Source of the DNA: a virus
Taxonomy: Duplodnaviria; Heunggongvirae; Uroviricota; Caudoviricetes
Virus record (IMG/VR): IMGVR_UViG_3300029250_000062
Coordinates: 1-9,713 of that record
Length of the DNA: 9,713 nucleotides
Reading direction: 5' to 3' (one strand)
Shown here: positions 5,937 through 9,713 of the stretch, piece after piece
Layout of the letters: each line of letters begins with the position of its first letter
Numbering within the stretch: the stretch's first letter is position 1
Position numbers and translations under genes: made by a program
The notes under the pieces: model-generated
Databases searched by the model: none
Seen by the model: only the letters and a program-made list of their open reading frames with translations
Told to the model about the DNA's origin: nothing

Positions 5937-6008
5937 GCGGCATGAGACGCCGGGAAAAATGGGCTGAACCATACCCGGCTGAGTGCGTTCTGGACCCGGG
6001 AGGAGGCT

Positions 6009-6572
6009 GTGCTGACAACGCAAAAACGAAAATTTGCGCTGGCGCTCATGTCCGGGAAAAACAAAACAGCGTCAGCCATTGCCGCCGGTTATTCGGCGAA
6101 GACCGCCAGGGTTAAAGGCTCGCAGCTGGCAAAAGATCCGGAGGTGCTTGCGTTTATAGCCCGTAAACAATGCGAGACGGTGGAGGTGGATGAGGTTCCT
6201 GTTTACCGGCAGAAAAAATCAGAGCAGGAGGATAAACCCCGTCGCCGTGAGGCGGCTGCAATACCACAGCCGGACGAAAACAATCCGGAGATGCCACCGT
6301 CCGCGGTGATGTCTCCTGGTATTGAATATATGGAGGATGGTCTTCCCGATCCGGTGAAAGCCATGGGGCGGATCCTGGTGGAAAACCTCTGCATTGATCC
6401 GAAACTGGCACTGGATGCGGCCTGGCGTCTGGCGCAGTTCACGCACCATAAAAAAGGGGATACCGGGAAAAAATCGGCAAAAGGTGATGCCGCGAAAAAA
6501 GCGGCTAACCGTTTTGCGGTGCCACCGCCACCCAGACTGGTGGTGAATAACGATAATGAGGGCAACGGATGA
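6009..6572 (+). CDS. terS: Terminase small subunit (HTH-containing)
   Basis: GTG start at 6009 with SD GGGAGG/AGGAGG (5998-6006). N-terminal LTTQKRKFALALMSGKNKTASAIAAGYSAKTARVKGSQL matches the usual terS signature (K.FA..Y....N.T.AAI.AGYS.KTA...GS.L). Stop TGA overlaps the terL ATG (ATGA at 6569-6572). Confidence 0.85.
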   Translation: MLTTQKRKFALALMSGKNKTASAIAAGYSAKTARVKGSQLAKDPEVLAFIARKQCETVEVDEVPVYRQKKSEQEDKPRRREAAAIPQPDENNPEMPPSAVMSPGIEYMEDGLPDPVKAMGRILVENLCIDPKLALDAAWRLAQFTHHKKGDTGKKSAKGDAAKKAANRFAVPPPPRLVVNNDNEGNG

Positions 6573-8230
6573 TACCTGTATGGAGCACAGCCTGCCCGGA
6601 CTGGGCAGAGCGCCTGAAAAAGGGGCTGTCGATTATTCCGGATCCGATTTATCCGGACGAGGCCGCACATGCCCTGGCGATTTTTAAACAACTGCGGATT
6701 GTGGATGCACCTGGTAGCCCGACGTTCGGGGAGTCCTGTGCACGGTGGGTGTTTGACCTGGTGGCGGCCCTGTTTGGCTCCTACGATGCGCAGACCGGTG
6801 TACGCCATATCAAGGAAGTTTTTATCCTTATCCCCAAGAAAAACTCGAAGTCCACGCTGGCCGCGGGGATCATGATGACGGCGCTGTTACTGAACTGGCG
6901 GCAGGCGGCGGGTTACACGATTCTGGCCCCGACTGTGGAGGTGGCGGCCAACGCCTTCAACCCTGCCCGGGATATGGTACGACGTGACGATGATCTGGAT
7001 GACCTCTGCCAGGTACAGACCCATATCCGGACCATCACCCACAGGGTGACAGACACCACCCTGAAGGTGGTGGCAGCCGATCCGAATACGGTGTCCGGTA
7101 TCAAGTCCGTGGGTACGCTGATTGATGAGTTGTGGCTGTTTGGCAAGCAGTGCAAGGCGGAGGACATGTTACGTGAAGCCATAGGCGGCCTTGCCTCCCG
7201 CCCGGAAGGGTTTGTGGTGTATACGACCACCCAGTCGAATGAACCGCCCGCCGGGGTGTTCAGACAGAAACTGCAGTACGCCCGGGATGTGCGCGACGGC
7301 AAAATTCATGATCCGCACTTTCTGCCGGTGATATTTGAACACCCTCCTGAAATGGTGGAAAGCGGGACTCACCTGCTGATGGAAAACCTCGCCATGGTCA
7401 ATCCGAATCTCGGCTATTCAGTGGATGAGGCCTTTCTGTACCGGGAGTACCGTAAAGCCCGGGAAGCCGGTGAAGAGACATTCCGGGGGTTCATGTCAAA
7501 ACACGCCAATGTGGAAATTGGTCTTGCCCTGCGCTCTGACCGCTGGGCGGGGGCTGATTTCTGGGAAGAGCAGGGCCGTTGTATCAGCCTGGACGATATC
7601 CTGCGTCGTGCTGATGTGGTGACGGTGGGGATTGACGGCGGAGGGCTGGATGATCTGCTGGGGATGTATGTGATTGGGCGTGACCGGGAGACCCGCGAAT
7701 GGCTGGGCTGGGGCCATGCCTGGGCGCATGAAACCGCGGTGGTCCGACGGAAGAGCGAGGCGTCCCGGTTTCAGGATCTTGTTGCCTGTGGAGATATGAC
7801 CATTGTCCGGCGTGTCGGGGATGACACGGCGGAAGTGGCGGAATATGTGCGTCGCATTCATGAGGCTGAGTTACTGGACCATATCGGTATTGACCCGTCA
7901 GGGGTGGGGCAGATTCTGGATTCACTGGCGGAAGCCGGGATCCCCGACGGAATTGTGGTGGGGATAAGCCAGGGCTGGAAACTGGGCGGGGCCATTAAAA
8001 CCACCGAGCGCAAACTGGCTGAAGGGGTGCTGGTGCATGGTGACCAGCCCCTGATGGCCTGGTGTGTCGGCAATGCCCGGGTGGAGCCTAAAGGTAACGC
8101 CATTCTTATCACCAAACAGGCCAGTGGACGGGGAAAAATTGACCCGCTGATGGCGCTGTTCAATGCGGTCTCCCTGATGTCCCTTAACCCGGAACCGAAA
8201 AAGAAAGAATATGCGGTTTTTTTCATATAA
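6569..8230 (+). CDS. terL: Terminase large subunit (ATPase + RNase H-like nuclease domains)
   Basis: 553 aa. Walker A-like ILIPKKNSKSTLAAG, Walker B-like GTLIDELW, C-terminal nuclease-type acidic cluster VTVGIDGGGLDDLLGMYVIG. Translationally coupled to terS. Confidence 0.9.
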   Translation: MIPVWSTACPDWAERLKKGLSIIPDPIYPDEAAHALAIFKQLRIVDAPGSPTFGESCARWVFDLVAALFGSYDAQTGVRHIKEVFILIPKKNSKSTLAAGIMMTALLLNWRQAAGYTILAPTVEVAANAFNPARDMVRRDDDLDDLCQVQTHIRTITHRVTDTTLKVVAADPNTVSGIKSVGTLIDELWLFGKQCKAEDMLREAIGGLASRPEGFVVYTTTQSNEPPAGVFRQKLQYARDVRDGKIHDPHFLPVIFEHPPEMVESGTHLLMENLAMVNPNLGYSVDEAFLYREYRKAREAGEETFRGFMSKHANVEIGLALRSDRWAGADFWEEQGRCISLDDILRRADVVTVGIDGGGLDDLLGMYVIGRDRETREWLGWGHAWAHETAVVRRKSEASRFQDLVACGDMTIVRRVGDDTAEVAEYVRRIHEAELLDHIGIDPSGVGQILDSLAEAGIPDGIVVGISQGWKLGGAIKTTERKLAEGVLVHGDQPLMAWCVGNARVEPKGNAILITKQASGRGKIDPLMALFNAVSLMSLNPEPKKKEYAVFFI

Positions 8231-8255
8231 CCCTGTTCACACTGTAACCATCACG

Positions 8256-8277
8256 AACCGCTCCGGCGGTTTTTTTA
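8256..8277 (+). terminator. Putative intrinsic terminator between terL and the head genes
   Basis: Stem AACCGC (8256-8261) / GCGGTT (8266-8271), tetraloop TCCG, followed by a T-run (through about 8280). Short stem, so modest confidence. Confidence 0.4.
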
Positions 8278-8293
8278 TTTTCAGGAGGCTGAT

Positions 8294-9713
8294 GTGACTC
8301 TTAAACGGGCCTGTTCCCTGCTGACGGTGAAATCCTTCAGTGAGGATGAACGGGTGATCACCGGGATTGCGTCAACGCCTTCTCCGGATCGGGATGGTGA
8401 CATCCTGGAGCCGGAGGGCGCGGAGTTTGGCAGTGCGATCCCGTTTCTCTGGCAGCATGACCATTCCCGCCCGGTGGGGCAGTGTACGGTGCGCCGGGTC
8501 AGCGAAGGGCTGGAAATCACGGCAACACTGGTGAAGCCCGTACCGGATATGCCGTCGCAACTGGCTGCCCGGCTGGATGAGGTCTGGGCGGCCATTAAGA
8601 CCGGGCTGGTCAGGGGGCTGTCCGTGGGCTTCCGTCCCCATGAATACACCTTTCTGGACGGAGGCGGACTGCATTTTCTGCGCTGGGAACTGATGGAGGT
8701 GTCTGCCGTCACCGTGCCCGCGAATGCGGAATGCACCATCCGGACCATTAAATCTTACGACCGCCCGTTTTCTGCCGCGTCCGGCAACCGGAAACCGGTG
8801 GTGAAAATCGCATCTTCTGCCGGCGCTGCGGCACAGTCAACAACCGTTTTTCATAAGGAAAAGACCATAATGAATATTGGCGAACAGATTAAAAGTTTTG
8901 AAAACAAGCGTGCAGCGCTGGCAGCCTCCCTTGAGGAGGTCATGACCAAAGCCGCAGAGGAAGGGCGCACGCTGGATGTGGAGGAGGAAGAGCATTACGA
9001 CAACACCGCAGCGGAAATCCGTCAGGTGGATGCGCACCTGAAGCGCCTGCGTGAACTGGAAGCCGGTAAGGCCGCCACGGCGCAGCCGGTGAAACAGGCC
9101 GGTAACGGGAATGTGGCCGCGGTGGCTTCTGCGCCGGTGATCCGTGTGGAGCAGAAACTGGATAAGGGGATTGGCTTCGCCCGCTTTGCCAAATCGCTGG
9201 CTGCGGCTAAAGGCGTCCGATCTGAAGCCCTGGAAGTGGCCCGTCGTCAGTATCCGGATGACAGTCGTCTGCATCATGTCCTGAAATCGGCAGTGGGCGC
9301 GGGGACCACCACGGATCCGCAGTGGGCAGGCAGCCTGTCTGAATATCAGGAATACGCACAGGACTTTATTGATTACCTGCGTCCGCAGACCATTATCGGG
9401 CGATTTGGTCAGGGCGGGATCCCTGCACTTCGTCAGGTGCCGTTCAATATCCGTGTGCACGCCCAGGTGTCCGGCGGTGCTGCCGGCTGGGTGGGTGAGG
9501 GTAAGGCAAAACCCCTGACGAAGTTTGATTTTGAATCCATCACCTTCAGTCATGCGAAGGTGTCGGCCATTGCGGTACTGACGGAAGAATTGATCCGTTT
9601 TTCCAGTCCGGCTGCTGATGCACTGGTCCGTAATGCGCTGGCGGAAGCGGTGGTGGCGCGTCTGGATACAGACTTTGTGGACCCGAAAAAAGCCGCAGTG
9701 GCAGATGTCTCCC
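8294..9713 (+). CDS. HK97-family prohead protease fused in-frame to major capsid protein (delta domain + HK97 fold); 3'-truncated by window edge
   Basis: GTG 8294 preceded by SD AGGAGG (8283-8288). I translated this frame codon by codon and found no stop from 8294 to 9712; that is why it is absent from the ORF track. Protease motifs GIASTPSPDRDGDILEP, PFLWQHD, VSAVTVPANAEC; then Ala/Ser/Gly-rich linker; then from Met (ATG 8870) a coiled-coil delta-like region and capsid-like body (DKGIGFARFAKSL... GWVGEGKAKP... AVLTEELIRFSSPAA). Confidence 0.75.
   Translation, partial: MTLKRACSLLTVKSFSEDERVITGIASTPSPDRDGDILEPEGAEFGSAIPFLWQHDHSRPVGQCTVRRVSEGLEITATLVKPVPDMPSQLAARLDEVWAAIKTGLVRGLSVGFRPHEYTFLDGGGLHFLRWELMEVSAVTVPANAECTIRTIKSYDRPFSAASGNRKPVVKIASSAGAAAQSTTVFHKEKTIMNIGEQIKSFENKRAALAASLEEVMTKAAEEGRTLDVEEEEHYDNTAAEIRQVDAHLKRLRELEAGKAATAQPVKQAGNGNVAAVASAPVIRVEQKLDKGIGFARFAKSLAAAKGVRSEALEVARRQYPDDSRLHHVLKSAVGAGTTTDPQWAGSLSEYQEYAQDFIDYLRPQTIIGRFGQGGIPALRQVPFNIRVHAQVSGGAAGWVGEGKAKPLTKFDFESITFSHAKVSAIAVLTEELIRFSSPAADALVRNALAEAVVARLDTDFVDPKKAAVADVS
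8870..9713 (+). CDS. Possible independently translated major capsid protein from internal in-frame start (nested in the protease-capsid ORF)
   Basis: ATG 8870 preceded by AAGGAAAAG (8855-8863). Product begins MNIGEQIKSFENKRAALAASLEEVMTKAAEEG, a typical N-terminal scaffold-like delta domain. Analogous in logic to lambda C/Nu3 nested translation. Confidence 0.4.
   Translation, partial: MNIGEQIKSFENKRAALAASLEEVMTKAAEEGRTLDVEEEEHYDNTAAEIRQVDAHLKRLRELEAGKAATAQPVKQAGNGNVAAVASAPVIRVEQKLDKGIGFARFAKSLAAAKGVRSEALEVARRQYPDDSRLHHVLKSAVGAGTTTDPQWAGSLSEYQEYAQDFIDYLRPQTIIGRFGQGGIPALRQVPFNIRVHAQVSGGAAGWVGEGKAKPLTKFDFESITFSHAKVSAIAVLTEELIRFSSPAADALVRNALAEAVVARLDTDFVDPKKAAVADVS

Noticed and set aside
6203-6808. 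201-aa minus-strand ORF spanning the terS/terL junction
   Set aside because: Antisense to two well-supported, translationally coupled + strand genes; typical GC-rich antisense artefact.
8281-8748. 155-aa and 100-aa minus-strand ORFs from the track
   Set aside because: Antisense to the + strand prohead-protease domain, which carries recognisable HK97-protease motifs and a proper SD plus GTG start.
8854-8872. TAATG stop/start overlap (8868-8872) suggesting separate protease and capsid genes
   Set aside because: The TAA is in a different frame from the protease. The other two frames are not sensible protease C-termini: one hits a stop at 8802-8804, the other gives a Cys/Arg-rich non-protein-like tail ending at 8854-8856. 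The in-frame linker is protein-like. A sequencing indel is still flagged as a caveat in the findings.
8837-9553. 238-aa minus-strand ORF from the track
   Set aside because: Antisense to a + strand frame with clear capsid-like sequence and no stop through the window end; the minus-strand product is low-complexity Arg/Gly/His-rich with no recognisable motif.
1-9713. CRISPR array, rRNA, insertion sequence or transposase, integrase, Shiga toxin genes
   Set aside because: No regularly spaced direct repeats, no terminal inverted repeats flanking a transposase-like ORF, and none of the ORFs resemble these proteins. Any stx or Q genes would lie upstream of the window.

Overview
This window reads as the late region of a lambdoid prophage from an enterobacterial (E. 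coli-like) host, with nearly all genes on the + strand. In order: the 3' part of a NanS-p-like sialate O-acetylesterase gene (5'-truncated by the window edge); two small ORFs and an intrinsic terminator; a phage-21/933W-type lysis cassette (dual-start class II holin, SAR endolysin, two small membrane-protein ORFs, Rz with embedded Rz1); a moron island holding a lipoprotein with a TonB C-terminal-like domain (own promoter and operator-like palindrome) and a minus-strand Arc-like ribbon-helix-helix gene; an HNH endonuclease; a repeat-rich non-coding stretch that is the likely cos region; terS and terL; and an in-frame prohead protease-major capsid ORF that runs off the 3' end. That last ORF has no stop in the window, so it is missing from the supplied ORF track, which instead shows only antisense ORFs there. 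No rRNA, tRNA, CRISPR array or IS element was recognised. All homology statements are from motif recognition and memory, not from database searches. The strongest candidate for something undescribed is the TonB-C-terminal-domain lipoprotein moron; the protease-capsid fusion with no portal gene after terL is the second.
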